The position numbers and the translations under genes are program-made. A stretch of 64,000 nucleotides of DNA from Massalongia carnosa. Lineage: Eukaryota. Shown here in pieces: positions 12,101 to 24,126 of this stretch. Every line of letters starts with the position of its first letter. Position 1 is the stretch's first letter. The DNA lies in NCBI GenBank assembly GCA_965645245.1, contig OZ287068.1, forward strand, positions 2,480,001 through 2,544,000, written 5' to 3'. Below the pieces are notes generated by a model that saw only the letters and a list, made by a program, of their open reading frames with translations, searched no databases and had not been told where the DNA came from.

Positions 12101-12454
12101 AGGATTCGTCTACATCACGACGAAGAGTCCTTTCTCCGCCCACTCACCATGCGCTAGACTCCCTAAGATAAGGATGGCTTGAAGGCGAGCCTCTTCTTCG
12201 TCTGTGCGACTTCCTTTGCGTTTCGTTTGCATTGGGTTTCCGTGAAGCTCACGATGTCGTTTCTTCCCGTTCCCCTTCTGTGATTTTAAAATGCGTACCA
12301 AAGGGTCCAACACTCCCAACCCAATCCACATTTCCTTCTTTTGCTCGTGCCCAATAATCTCATGTTTCAATGCCCGCAAGGCGGCCACCTGGCCGGCGGG
12401 GGATGATGAGCTTTGAAGTTCCGACAGAATCGGAGGGGTTGAAGGTCGAGTCAT
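9196..12454 (-). CDS. VID28: Armadillo repeat-containing protein 8 (Vid28/Gid5, GID/CTLH E3 complex), 3 exons (~12454-12148, 12070-10323, 10267-9196)
   Basis: ALRALKHEIIGHEQKKE, ARALSRSVSTLRTSL, CNLVLEFSPMRE, LRLNSVWALKH and LDVRER. GT-AG introns link the three ORFs. Confidence 0.9.
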
Positions 12455-12951
12455 GATGCGGGCGGTGTGGTGGTCGGAGTGTTTGGCGCGGCAATCGATA
12501 TAGTTTGTACGTTACCTGAAGGCAATAAGAAAAAAAATGGCCTAAGCACCGATCAACCACTGTGGACAAATGACGGAAGAGATGCTACAGTACTCTGTAC
12601 CGTGAAGATCGAATGATGCGTGGCTCGTGGCTTGTGGATCTGGCGGTTTGATCAGATCATGCGCGGATTTGCCGAATTTTCCGCTACAGAGTAATACAGC
12701 CAGTGAATTGATTACTCTGTAAGGCATCCAGGGAAATGAGCTGGAGGGGCCTTGCGCCGCTACGCTCTACCGAGGTACAGAGTACTACAGAAGGATTTGT
12801 CATTTTTAGCAGGCAAGGTACTCTGTACTATGTACGAAGTATGTAGTACTCAGCTCCCTTGGTTTAAATGGTTAGCAGAAGAACAGATTAGCAACAGGGC
12901 CGGGGGCTACACTCTGGAGGACTTATTCTAGAGGATTTGTTGCTTCCCGGT

Positions 12952-12957
12952 CACGTG
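12952..12957. promoter_or_regulatory. CACGTG E-box (candidate Pho4/NUC-1 site) in the ARMC8-PHO80 divergent spacer
   Basis: Exact hexamer only; function inferred from the neighbouring PHO80. Confidence 0.2.
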
Positions 12958-13661
12958 CCAATACTCCGTACTTTGAACGAATTCCCCCCCAGCCAGCTAG
13001 CTAGTCATAGTAATCGAATAGTAGGCGACTCGCTTCGATTACTAGTGTCTTGACACGATTACAGAGTTCTATCTGAATGCACAGTACTTAGTACAGCATA
13101 GGCTCCTTGATGCGCGAGTTGGTAGGTACCGAGTATCTACGTTACTAGCATGCTCTGGGGCTATGAAGAGCCTAAGGGATCAGCCACTAATGGAATAAAA
13201 TATAGTTCTCGTAACAGAAGAAAGCGTTGATATCTTCATTGCATATCATATCCCTCAGGCCCATGTCCAGTCCAGAACCCGGCCGAAAACAATCTGTTCC
13301 TGATCACCGATGCCTGAAGCCCGGCCGGAGTGATATGATGTAGGAATTTGTATATCAAGAGGCATTTAAACTACGATAGCGGTGGTTTGTCGATATACTA
13401 TTGATGTCAAAGGATAAATGGACTGAGGCAATTAAATCTCGTGGGCATTGAAGAAGAAAAGAGTCAAAATGTACTTACTCAACCCCCTATAGCGATGAGG
13501 ACAGAGCACATGGGATTATGGATCTTTGACCTCGATTGGAAGTTCCTCGAGTTAAATCTGTCATCCCCCGATCATGCCTTGATACGAAATGCCACCCTTT
13601 TCCGCCGTCTAGACAAATCCCTCCTTATCACATCTCTTACGCCCTTCCGCTGAAAAGAGCC

Positions 13662-13667
13662 CACGTG
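13662..13667. promoter_or_regulatory. CACGTG E-box (candidate Pho4/NUC-1 site) upstream of PHO80
   Basis: Exact hexamer only. Confidence 0.25.
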
Positions 13668-14844
13668 TTTCTTCTACGATTTTGAGTGGTTCACTATGAT
13701 TATCCTAGTGCACCCACCTCGCGTCCCGCAACTCGCGCAGACGCTTGACGCCATGACCCAGGTGCTTGCTTTGCACGAGACTGACTCGAAACAAGTCTGC
13801 ATATTGCATGCACTCAAATACTCTGTACTCATCTCAACGCGTTTGAATCTGTTGGGCCGACCCTCACGGTCCGTGGGCTTACCTCGGAGACAAAGCGGTT
13901 GTCGGCAACCTTTTTGGGGTGATGGAATCTCATGATATAAGGAATCCTGCGGGGAAGAAATCCGGGGAAGAAATCCGGGGTAATATCACCGGCTGGATGG
14001 GAAAATGCGCCAAAAGCGAAATGATCGTGTGACCATAGGTATATAAATGTCAAGCTGCCTCGAAGCCATCATGATTCTTGCGGATTACTCCTCTTTATAT
14101 AACCGTGTGCCGTCCAACACTCGTTGACGTTCTCATAATGTCAATTACGCAAAGCAGCATACCTTGTGAGGGCCGAGATAGCAAAAACTATCCATCTTCC
14201 AAAGGATTGAATGACGTGGTTTGACCAGTAGATCTCGCGGAGAGACAAGAGAAGCCAGGAGAAGGGAAGGGAAAAGGGGATGGTTGTGGTGTACTCTGTA
14301 TTGGTGATGCTGCATCATCCTTAGGGACACCTCGGCTCCTAAACCCTAAACCTCAAGTATCACCCCATTTAGCTCCAAAATGCCAGGAGCAACCAAACGC
14401 GCACGATACCACGGCTCTCTCTCCAATCCCCCTCATCCTCTCGAACCTCGTCATCTTCATCATCTCGCACTATATGAACGACACTGTATTAACTCCAAGA
14501 GTTGCTCACACCCGCATTCTTACTTTCTCTCTCATCCCCCCCCTCATTTCTTCTCGCACTCGCACTCACACTCCCAGTCCTGTTCCAATTCCCGTCCGCA
14601 ACGCCATTACTACGCCAACGGCGCGTGGCAGCATCCATCTGCCACCAGGGAATCCCGCTATTCTGACTTTGTGCCCTGCGCCTACGACGAACGCACCTTA
14701 ATCACCAAGCTTTACCACTATGCCCGAACCTTGCTCTCTCAGACTAACGGCAGCCTGTTATACCGAAGTCCTTTCTACGGCGGTAGAGGCGGTAGTAGTG
14801 GCAGCGGCACGACTAACCAGATCCAGAGCCAGTCGGATTTTGAG

Positions 14845-15987
14845 ATGATAACTTCCACTCCCTCGCCCACTCTTCACGCAAGCATTGCTTCGTCCTCGCC
14901 TCGGGCAGCCCTTCAATCTCGTGGTCATAATGGATCGTATCGCTTCCTCAGCTCAACGTCCTCACATCCGATCGTCCGAACACCACCTGCAGCAGCGTTC
15001 CCGCGACCAGCACCTCCCACGCCGGCAGTCGCAACCCACTCCAATAAGCGTGTCTGGTCTACCTCAAGCCACTTGTCATCTAACCCATCGAAGGTGACAG
15101 TAGATGCAGGCACGCAGTACTCCCCCCCGCTCGCTCCTGTCCAATCACTTGTTAACCCATCATCATCACTCGGCAAGCGGCGGGACATGTCAGTCTCGCC
15201 AATAGCTCCGCCTGAGCCTGCATTGGAACCTCAGATGGTTTTCAAGCGTACTGATGTCCAATCGTCATTCTCTCAACCCACATCTGCCTCGTCAATCACG
15301 CTTGCCAAAACCTCCTCAGCAGCATCCTCCTCCAGTCAAGGCTCATCCCCAAAGCGCTCGCGGCAAGCTAAGCCTGCAGTGAAGGAAATGCCCGAGCAGT
15401 ACGAAACTTGCGATGTGAAAGATCTAGTGCTGCTAATCAGCAACATGCTTATGGAGCTTGTCAGATTCAACGATGAGATTCCGTTGAAGGATGGTCGATT
15501 GACAAGGTTTCATTCCCGGTCCCCTCCAGCAATTAGCGTCAAGGACTATCTTCAGCGCCTCACCACCCACGCTACACTTTCGCCTCCCATCTTGCTGAGT
15601 ATGGTATATTACATTGACCGTCTCTGCGCCTTATATCCTGCCTTCACCATTTCGTCCTTGACAGTCCATCGCTTTCTTATCACTAGCGCCACTGTTGCTA
15701 GCAAAGGTTTGAGTGATTCCTTTTGGACCAACAACACATATGCTAGGGTTGGCGGTGTGCGACTCAAGGAATTGGCGCTGCTAGAGCTGGAGTTTCTATG
15801 GAGGGTCGAATGGAGGATTGTGCCGAAGCCCGAGGTCCTGGTAGATTACTACCGGAGCCTTGTGGAACGCAGTGAAGGATATAGAATCGAAGGGAGAACC
15901 AGCGCTGCAACGTCTGAACGCGCTGCTAATATCCAGCTGGACGAAAATATAACTTCAGCTGGGGCCAAGGATGATCAGCCCAAATGA
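14845..15987 (+). CDS. PHO80: Pho80/PREG-type cyclin (phosphate signalling); ORF open upstream to ATG 14380
   Basis: LTRFHSRSPPAISVKDYLQRL...LLSMVYYIDRLC...LTVHRFLITSATVASKGLSDSFWTNNTYARVGGV...LALLELEFL. Start codon uncertain. Confidence 0.92.
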   Translation: MITSTPSPTLHASIASSSPRAALQSRGHNGSYRFLSSTSSHPIVRTPPAAAFPRPAPPTPAVATHSNKRVWSTSSHLSSNPSKVTVDAGTQYSPPLAPVQSLVNPSSSLGKRRDMSVSPIAPPEPALEPQMVFKRTDVQSSFSQPTSASSITLAKTSSAASSSSQGSSPKRSRQAKPAVKEMPEQYETCDVKDLVLLISNMLMELVRFNDEIPLKDGRLTRFHSRSPPAISVKDYLQRLTTHATLSPPILLSMVYYIDRLCALYPAFTISSLTVHRFLITSATVASKGLSDSFWTNNTYARVGGVRLKELALLELEFLWRVEWRIVPKPEVLVDYYRSLVERSEGYRIEGRTSAATSERAANIQLDENITSAGAKDDQPK

Positions 15988-18604
15988 AGTCACAGCTCGG
16001 ATGGGTATACAAGCATCTAGAGTTTTATCGACTCATAAAAAGATGATCGAATAAGAATATCTACCGTCAGGGATGGAGGGCCGCCGGCCGCTGTCTAGAT
16101 AAGCCGCAGGGTTAGGCTATGAGCGTTAGGGTTATGGCCCAAAGGTGCACTCTACAGAACTACACATTCCTCATTCTATACCATACTTTTGACAACGACT
16201 TTCTGAATGGGGGGATTTTTGTTTATTTTTGGCGAAGAATGAAGTAGCTGTTTTGTGTATATACATTTATACCTACGTGGACGCTCTACGATGCCAAAAA
16301 CAACCAGTCATCGGATTCATGTACTTATGCCTGGTGATGCATGAAGCTGGCTGCCCTACTCAAGATGTAGTTAGTGGACTTTTTCCATCTAGTTAAGCTC
16401 AATTGCGATAGTAACGTACACGACCGAGATATGGAGTATGGATTACTACTCTCGAACTATTGGATAACTATTCCGTGACCTAGTCCCCATCCACTATGTA
16501 TCTTCGATATCTCCTGAACAGCCCCTCCCCGCACCTTGTCACTTACCTATCCTCGGCACTAGAAGTTTTGAATCTGGGGGATCCCTAGTAGTTAGTTCCA
16601 TTAGAACGTGGAGGTGGAAAAGGAAATGGATAGGATAAGATGAGACGAAAAGAGAAGACATAGGTTGGTAGGGATATTATAGGTAGGTAGGTATTAGGTA
16701 GGTACACCCAGCCAGCCAGCGATTTAGCAATCTGAAAGCTGGCGGAATCATCCCTTGCTGTTGTGCCGGGCTATTTCGACTCGTGCGCAAAGTTCCACAG
16801 CCGGGTTTGTGAACCTCCGTATGCCAGAATTGAACTATTCCGGCTGACTCAGAAAGGCAAGGTTTTATTTTTTTTTCCTTTTCGGATTTTCTCCACAAAC
16901 ACGCTTAACGGCCGGATCTGTGCCATTGAAACGGCTAACGCTAACCTCAGAGGAAAGCGTAGAATATATTCTTACTTGGTCTTGCGTGTGCTTTTTTTAA
17001 TTGGATTTTATGCGCTTATTAAAAGCTCCAGGCTGAGGGGTTGCTGGGAAATTAATAAGGATAGTAGTTGAGCTTCCGCTATGGTAGTTAAGGTTAAGCG
17101 GGAAAGAATGATTTTACGGCGTCCGGGAGAGCTGCAATTTCTCCATCGATATTGTTCTTATAGCAGCTCTAGAGATGATATTTTCTTCTTCGATGAGTTT
17201 TAGCTTCAAATCTTAATTAAATGATGTAAAAACAACAACCTACATCTTTTTAGCGATTTTGCCAGGTTGATGCAAATATAAACACTCGAGAACGTTTAAA
17301 GAAGTCCATCCTGCGAGGGCGTACCGAAGCCATTGTGTCCCCCCACGTCACCGAAATATTGGTTAAGGCTACATATTGGCTCAGGGTGATTGTGATAAAG
17401 AACGCCTTCAAAAAGACAAGCACCTTTGCAAATAAACACCTCAGCATCCGGAGGCCTGAGCTCCAACTGACCGCTTAGTCCCTATGGCGGCTATTGCTTC
17501 TTTGGCTCGGAAGATTGAGAAGGGAGTAGCTCCTTCTCAAGAAACTGACTAACTTCGTGAAACGATTCTTGGATATGTGGTCATGAATGAGAGCAAGCAT
17601 CCTTGCAGACAGGCCCTGGTGTTAAGGATAAATGCTGATCGTAGGTCGAGAAATCATAGGACAAGTTTTCTTGTTAAGAGGACCTTGTGTATCTCTGAGC
17701 TATGTCAAGTGCAGATACAATAGTGGCAACTTAATGAATTCCGACAACATTTTCTCGATCTCATACGATCACAGAAAGTACATGATGACCGCTAATGACT
17801 CCTATATGCTCAAGTTAGCCAGCCATCATGTTTGGAGAAGAGGTCCTCTTACACGCATGCCGCTCGCCCTTTAGATTATCGAACGATTTAGCCCGTTCCA
17901 CAGCAAATACAACATGATTTGAGATTGAGAATGCAAATAAAATCAAGTAAGACAGACAGTTTAATGAGGCTGGTGAACTTTACAAGACGATTGAGTGTTG
18001 GACGGAAGTGATTATCATATGGGAGGGATATAGGCTTAGGATTTATGAACTCGATACTAGACCTTAGGGGTAAAGCCAGACGAAGCTAGCGTTAGGGGCT
18101 CACGACGCTATTCATAGGTTGTGAAATCATTGTACCACCCGGCTGGAGGTACGATACCTAGGTACCTATGTACCTAAAATCGGTAAGATGAAATAAGGCG
18201 ATGCACAATGCTCCGCGGCATTCCAGAGAATCAGATCACTGGAAACTCAAGTTTGCAGCCCACGTGAGAATGGATATATCATATATTTATAAAAAACCCC
18301 AAGACTCTCAGTTATCGGATATCCTTTATTTATCAAAGTTTTCAAACAGTCAGGGAGTATCTCATAGGTTGAAGGAAAATAAGCATATAGATTCATACGT
18401 ACAATATGTAGGACAAGAAAAGTAGAAAGCAATCATGCTTTGTGCTTGCGTTACCGGCTGGTATTTTAGTTTGGCCTGCGCCGAGGCCAAAGGCATAAAA
18501 ATCCAAAATCAGATGACATCAGAAAAACCAAGCTATGTTTGCTCATTTTTCGCTAGTACGGTTGAGTTGTGATTTCCCCTCTAATGGAAGAAATGATTAT
18601 ACAT

Positions 18605-21111
18605 TCATTTTAAGTCATCGCGTAACACGGTCATATTTACGGATTCGATGGGATCGAGACTCGTGGTGAAAGCAAGTGGAATCTGGTTCGAGGACCTATC
18701 ATAATTAGTTTCATTCATAGCCTGCCGATACTGCAAGTCCCTTGTCAGCAACCATCCCTGCCTGGAACGTTCAAGGCCTTGGGAATCTCACTTTGAATCC
18801 AAAATTTAGGCACAACGCAACAACGAGACTGGTGCAGATGATAATGGGGCCAATCACGTTATCAAAATCCTTTCCGCTTCTTTCTTGTATCATGCGGCTG
18901 CGAACAACGTACTGCCACCATCCCCAGGCACTGGCGAAAATTGCTATCAGGGTATAAACAACGGCTAGAGAACGTGCCACATTGTTAAGCTCTCCTGCTG
19001 CGTTATAAAGACCCAGAGACAACGATGCCAACAACACTGAAACATGCTGCCACTTAATGAAAGTCCGCTGGTTTGCAAGCCAGACCTTAGGCTCAACGCG
19101 TACAGGACCTGAATCTTTGATCAATCGACCAGGCTCTCTGACGCCTGGAGGGAGTCGGAGTGAATTACTCCGATGTGCACGAGCGTATTTCGAGGTAGAG
19201 AACGAAGGAAAGAGTGAGCGCATCCCAGATCTGATGCCTAGAGTATATTCGCCTGTCTGGTCTGGTTCATGATCCTTTGCATTAGTCCCAACCCCAGAAT
19301 CATGCTCTCCCCTTGAAGCATTCGGTATACCAACGGGCGATCCAATAGCAGCGGTGAAAGGCGAAGCAGATTTGGAGCCCAAGAAACTACCTACTGCCAA
19401 TTCGTCCTCTGCCTGCTTCGTCTTTTTCTCTTGCTCCTCTTGGAAAGCGGCTTCAGGATCCCTTCTAATGTCCGTATCTAGATCACTTAGCCAAAACGGG
19501 AAGCTGTTAACGTGGTCTTCAAACAACTGGGCCACTCCATGCACGAATTTTGAGAATTTGGGTGCTTCCTTTACGAGATGCGAAGACATCAAATCCTCTA
19601 TCCACTCATTTGTCCTTTTAGCTAAACCATCTCTTACTTTGAGCTCCAAAAGCCCAAAAGGGAACCGGGATATATCTCCTTGTCCAATCAACGGATATGG
19701 AAACTCCATACCGGCGTCATCAATCTCCTTACGATGCCACTCATTCGGATTTCTACAAGGATGGTCGCTATCCAGAGAGTCTTCACGGATGAAGACTACG
19801 TCCGTATCAAGGGAGATTCGTATGCGATCATCACCGGGGATCTGAAAAGCGGTCCGGGTGTAATTGGCTCTCAACATGGGCTGAAGCTGGTTATTTTTGA
19901 TATATCGCTGTATATCATTGATGCTTTGCTCCAGCTGTGCCACACGATTTTCATCATTACCTTGTCGATCCCGTAACTTCTCTACGCTTTTTTCCATCTT
20001 ATACTCTCCAGCAATGAATGGCTGCACGTATTTCTCTTTGATCAGGAATCGGGTTTCCTGACTTTCACCACTATCATCTATGGTTTTCTTCTCGATTATA
20101 ATTTCGGGCTTTTCATTTAAGTGTCCAAACCATCTAAGACGCAGCGATGAAGCATCTGAGGCTCTGCGGACCTTGCTATCGTATATTGTAAATTGAGTGT
20201 TGTCAAAGTATAAAGACGTAATGGATGGATCGGATTGGCCACTCTCAATAATCTTGGACGTCTGAGGGTTATATACAAGTACTGGTAGACGTCGGAGTAT
20301 GTAAGTTTTAACCTCAAGTATATTTTCAGGGTGAACCCAGACTGCGGCAGTGATCAGAAAGATTCGTGGTAGCAATCGCCATTCAACTAACATTTGTACG
20401 ACCTGTATTTCTCTGCACCTATTCTAGGTTCACTTACGGATTGAGTTCTTTGAGGGCCCCCATGTAATACCTGTCTTACAAACGAGTACATTGCAGAAAG
20501 ACTGTTCTCAAAAGTCAGCCTGGGGGATTGGTAGACGGTCATGAGGACAATGGATAATAAAGGATTTACCGGTAGAGTAACGGCGAGTAATCTTCCGAGT
20601 TAAAAGGCAGCGCTGCGAGCCGTACCTGCAGTAGTGGTCTCACTCTGTACTTTGAGCCTCGGCGACGGTCATGCTTTTTGGCAGCTTTGAGAAAGCCGGT
20701 AAAATTAAGGCGACTGTATTTCTCTAACTCGTTGAGCTCTTGGGTAATCTCGTCCAATTCTCCGAGCATCTGACGAAGCAGGTGTTCATCATCATCCGAG
20801 CGATTATTTTGCGAGCCTTCACCTTCACCCTCGCCATTACGTATGTCTCTTAGGCTCTCCAGTTTCCCCTCGCATTCGAAGGTTCGTTCACGAAGACGTC
20901 TGTAAGTCTCTATTTGAAAGCCATTGACCTTTTCTAGTTGAACATTCACTAACTCCTCGACAAATCGACTCTCATCTTCCTCTGTCCACGGTTGAATATC
21001 CCCCTTCATGGACTCATGCTCGCGCAAAAGCTTTTTCAGCTTCGCATAGTCAATGTAGTTAGACTTCCATGGAGCATAGATGGAATTCTGTAGCGTCTTC
21101 CCATAGCGCAT
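18605..21111 (-). CDS. Vacuolar transporter chaperone subunit Vtc2/Vtc3-like (SPX + VTC + DUF202), multi-exon
   Basis: SPX start MRYGKTLQNSIYAPWKSNYIDYAKLK and LNFTGFLKAAKKHD. VTC domain WVHPENILEVK...ITSLYFDN...LRLRW...YTRTAFQ...KFSKFVHG. KVWLANQRTF favours Vtc2/3 over Vtc4. Last exon 18730-18605. Confidence 0.92.
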
Positions 21112-21367
21112 GATGATATTAAATGAGAAAAGACACCTTGCCAAACTTGATTCTTAAAATGTAATAGTAATAAGGTGATGAATGATGCTATTGATACGCT
21201 TACACATATAGGTAACGTAACCATAGCTAATTAACTAGTTAAAATTAGACGGGCTAGACGCGCGGTTACGAGTACTTAGGGCCCTGTTTAATCCCCTACC
21301 TTCTGGTAGGCACGGAGTACATAATCTTCTTTGGATTCGATTCATCTTTTATTTGTTGCGCGAGTAA

Positions 21368-22707
21368 ATGGGACCAACTAATGTAGGATATGCTCCTCCA
21401 AAGAAAGCCTCCCTGCATCTCAAAGCTCTTCTGCATGAGCTTCATGATGTTCGGTGTCCACATGTACCCAATCCGCCTACATGTATGAAAAGGGCAGCTG
21501 TAGCTCTGATCATTCGAGTTCGACCTATACATCCGGTTGAAGCGGTGTTTGAGGGTGCACAATGGGGTTCGCCGGAAGAATCGTTTACAAACCGTCTTGA
21601 TCTTTTCTTCCAACAACCTTGGGTCCAACATGGGGAACCGGAGGTGCTGTTTATCAAGCGCACTGTAAGATCTGGTGATAGATGGACGGGCCACATTGCG
21701 CTGCCCGGGGGCAAAAAAGATCCTGGAGATCTTGATGATTTACATACTAGTAGAAGGGAAACTAAAGAGGAGACAGGACTCAATCTTGACAACAGCTATT
21801 GCATGTTGATTGGTAAATTGCCTGAGCGATTAGTCACATCTGCGTGGGAGAACCGGCCGTAAGTCTTCCTTTCTTCCGCTGAGCTAGGGGCACGCTGACG
21901 ATAAATAGTTTGATGGTGCTCTGTCCTTTCGTTTATCTCCTAATGCGTCATGAGGATCATCCATTGATGTTACAACCTACAGAAGTAAGTTCTGCACATT
22001 GGGTTCCTCTGAAGGCCTTGCTCTCATCTGGCGTGAGGACTGTTGAGCGCTCCGATGTCTTCGAACGCATGACCAATCAAGGAAATCAAGTCACACGCTT
22101 TGTTCTTCGAACAATTTTCGGTCGTATGCTTTTCGCTGCCACACAGCTCATACCTACGGAGAGTCACTATTTTATTTCCATACCGGACTTTCATCCGGAG
22201 GATAGTAAACTAGGATCTCCGATCCGCTATGTTCTTCGCCAAGTGAAAATCTATTTGGCCGGGAAGACGGCTTCCGCTAGTACTTTGCAACACCCGTTGC
22301 TACTATGGGGCCTTACTTTAGGAATCTTAGCAGACTTTCTCGGTCCTGTTTATGTAGATGGCGCGTTAGGATTATGGGACTGGCCAACTTTCTCTCATTG
22401 GGACTTTCGGTTAGCCATTTGGCTTTTCACTTACTCTTTCCGCGCTCGTAAGCTGCGTGAAATGCATGAAGACTGTCGTAGGGACAATCAGGAACAGCTC
22501 GAAGCGGATAGTTCCGGACCTTGTGAAGGTGATATCAATACTTTCTCCACAAGCGCAAAACTACCCAAAAGGTTATTGTCCACAAGCATTGTTGAGAAGT
22601 TGTTGGATGGCTACTACAGCCTCATGAAAGTGGCCGTGCTTATAGTCCTACTCTGGAGATTGAGCCTTATCGTCGTTGTGATTTTGCTATGGGAGAGAAT
22701 CTTCTAG
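21368..22707 (+). CDS. Nudix hydrolase (CoA-pyrophosphatase/NUDT7-8-like) with C-terminal hydrophobic tail, 2 exons
   Basis: RAAVALII...LFIKR...GHIALPGGKKDPGD...RRETKEETGL Nudix box and later LWGLTLGIL. Intron GTAAGT(21859)...GCTGAC...TAG(21908). Confidence 0.88.
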
Positions 22708-24126
22708 GGACTAATGCGTCTTACACGGCATGGAGAGAAAGTACGTGTTACTGATTGTGAGGGTGATGGCATGATTTCAGATAACAGTAAGGGCTACCAT
22801 ATTGAATCATCAGTTTCAATACGATCCAAATGGTTATTACTTTACAATATTTCTTGTTAGAGCGCAACGTGTCCGGAGAAACAACACGAAGGATATTTAT
22901 AGGATGTCATTCAATAGGCTATGATAAGCTGCAAGATGAAGTCGAGCACAGAGTACATGAAACCTCTACCCTGTGTCTATGTACCAAAAACTACTCCTTT
23001 ACAGCCATTGACTATTCAGATCAACATACTATGGACCATTCATGATATACCTTAATACAATGTAATTGTCATAGTATTCGAGTTTTTATCGTAGGAAGTA
23101 GGAATCATGGCGATGACTCCCAGATTTGCAAGCCAGACCAAGTAGTTATCTGGAGGTGCGCTTGAGTTGGTCTTGTTTTGTTTTATGTTTACCTTTTGTG
23201 ATTTCGCTCGACCGATTAAAAGTTTCAGTTTCAACGAATTCCTGTCAGTCCGTAGTTTGAAAGTTTCCGAAGTGGGGTTTTACCATTCGATTTGACGACG
23301 ATCTTTTAGGTTGCTACGAACCGGAAGTACTCACTTTCTACTATGATGAGTTCTATTGGTTTCGTCGTTTTCGATATTCTGTCGGCGAGCTGATTGCGAT
23401 CAAACATAGAGCGTGGAATTGGTACAAGCTACAGCGTACGGAGTTCCCCATACAGTAGTTACCATGTCTTTTAATGGGGTTTCATCGCTTTGACTCTCGA
23501 GTTTTAACCAATTCGTAAATACGCCCTACTATAGCCTTTTTGCTGCCTTTTCCCCAATGCAGGGTTAAAATCCCCTCTAAAATAACCCAAGCAAGTGACG
23601 CTCGGTCAGGATAGACCTAGAGAGCATGAAGAAGTGATATAGGAGCAAATAGGACAAGCCTGGGATCTGCCAGCTGAAAACGTTTATTGTCAAGTGTGAA
23701 TTCGTCCAATTATCAATCTTAAGTACTCTGTACGGAGTACACCAAAGATTTGAATGCCGGTCGCATAATCACGTCAAAGTCTTCTCTGTATGCGCATTAT
23801 AAAGCACCGACGTCGATGACAGTGATAACATGCGATGACAATCAATTTTGTTTGACTTTCGCTAATCTTTTATACTCGTATTCGCCTCCATTTGCAACAC
23901 GGCTAAAGTTTACTACGGCAGAACGATTCAAATAGTATTGGAAGATTGGGAATACGACTCTTTTAGCGTGTTACAAATGGGGATGAATACGAGTACTTGT
24001 TTTCTTAACTGATTCCTTACGACGTTGAATAACTTTAATCTAATTGCTTTTTTATGAAATACACTGAACGACGTAACTCATTCGACGAGAAAGAACCTTT
24101 CGGCTGGACTTTTACACGAAGTGTCT

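Noticed and set aside
16111..16134. TTAGGG-like hexamers (similar tracts at 7409-7422 and 14338-14354)
   Set aside because: One or two imperfect units only; neither a telomeric array nor supportable as a telomerase RNA template.
17260..17470. Weak ankyrin-like remnant (DANINTR...GRTEAIV)
   Set aside because: Too degenerate to support a call.
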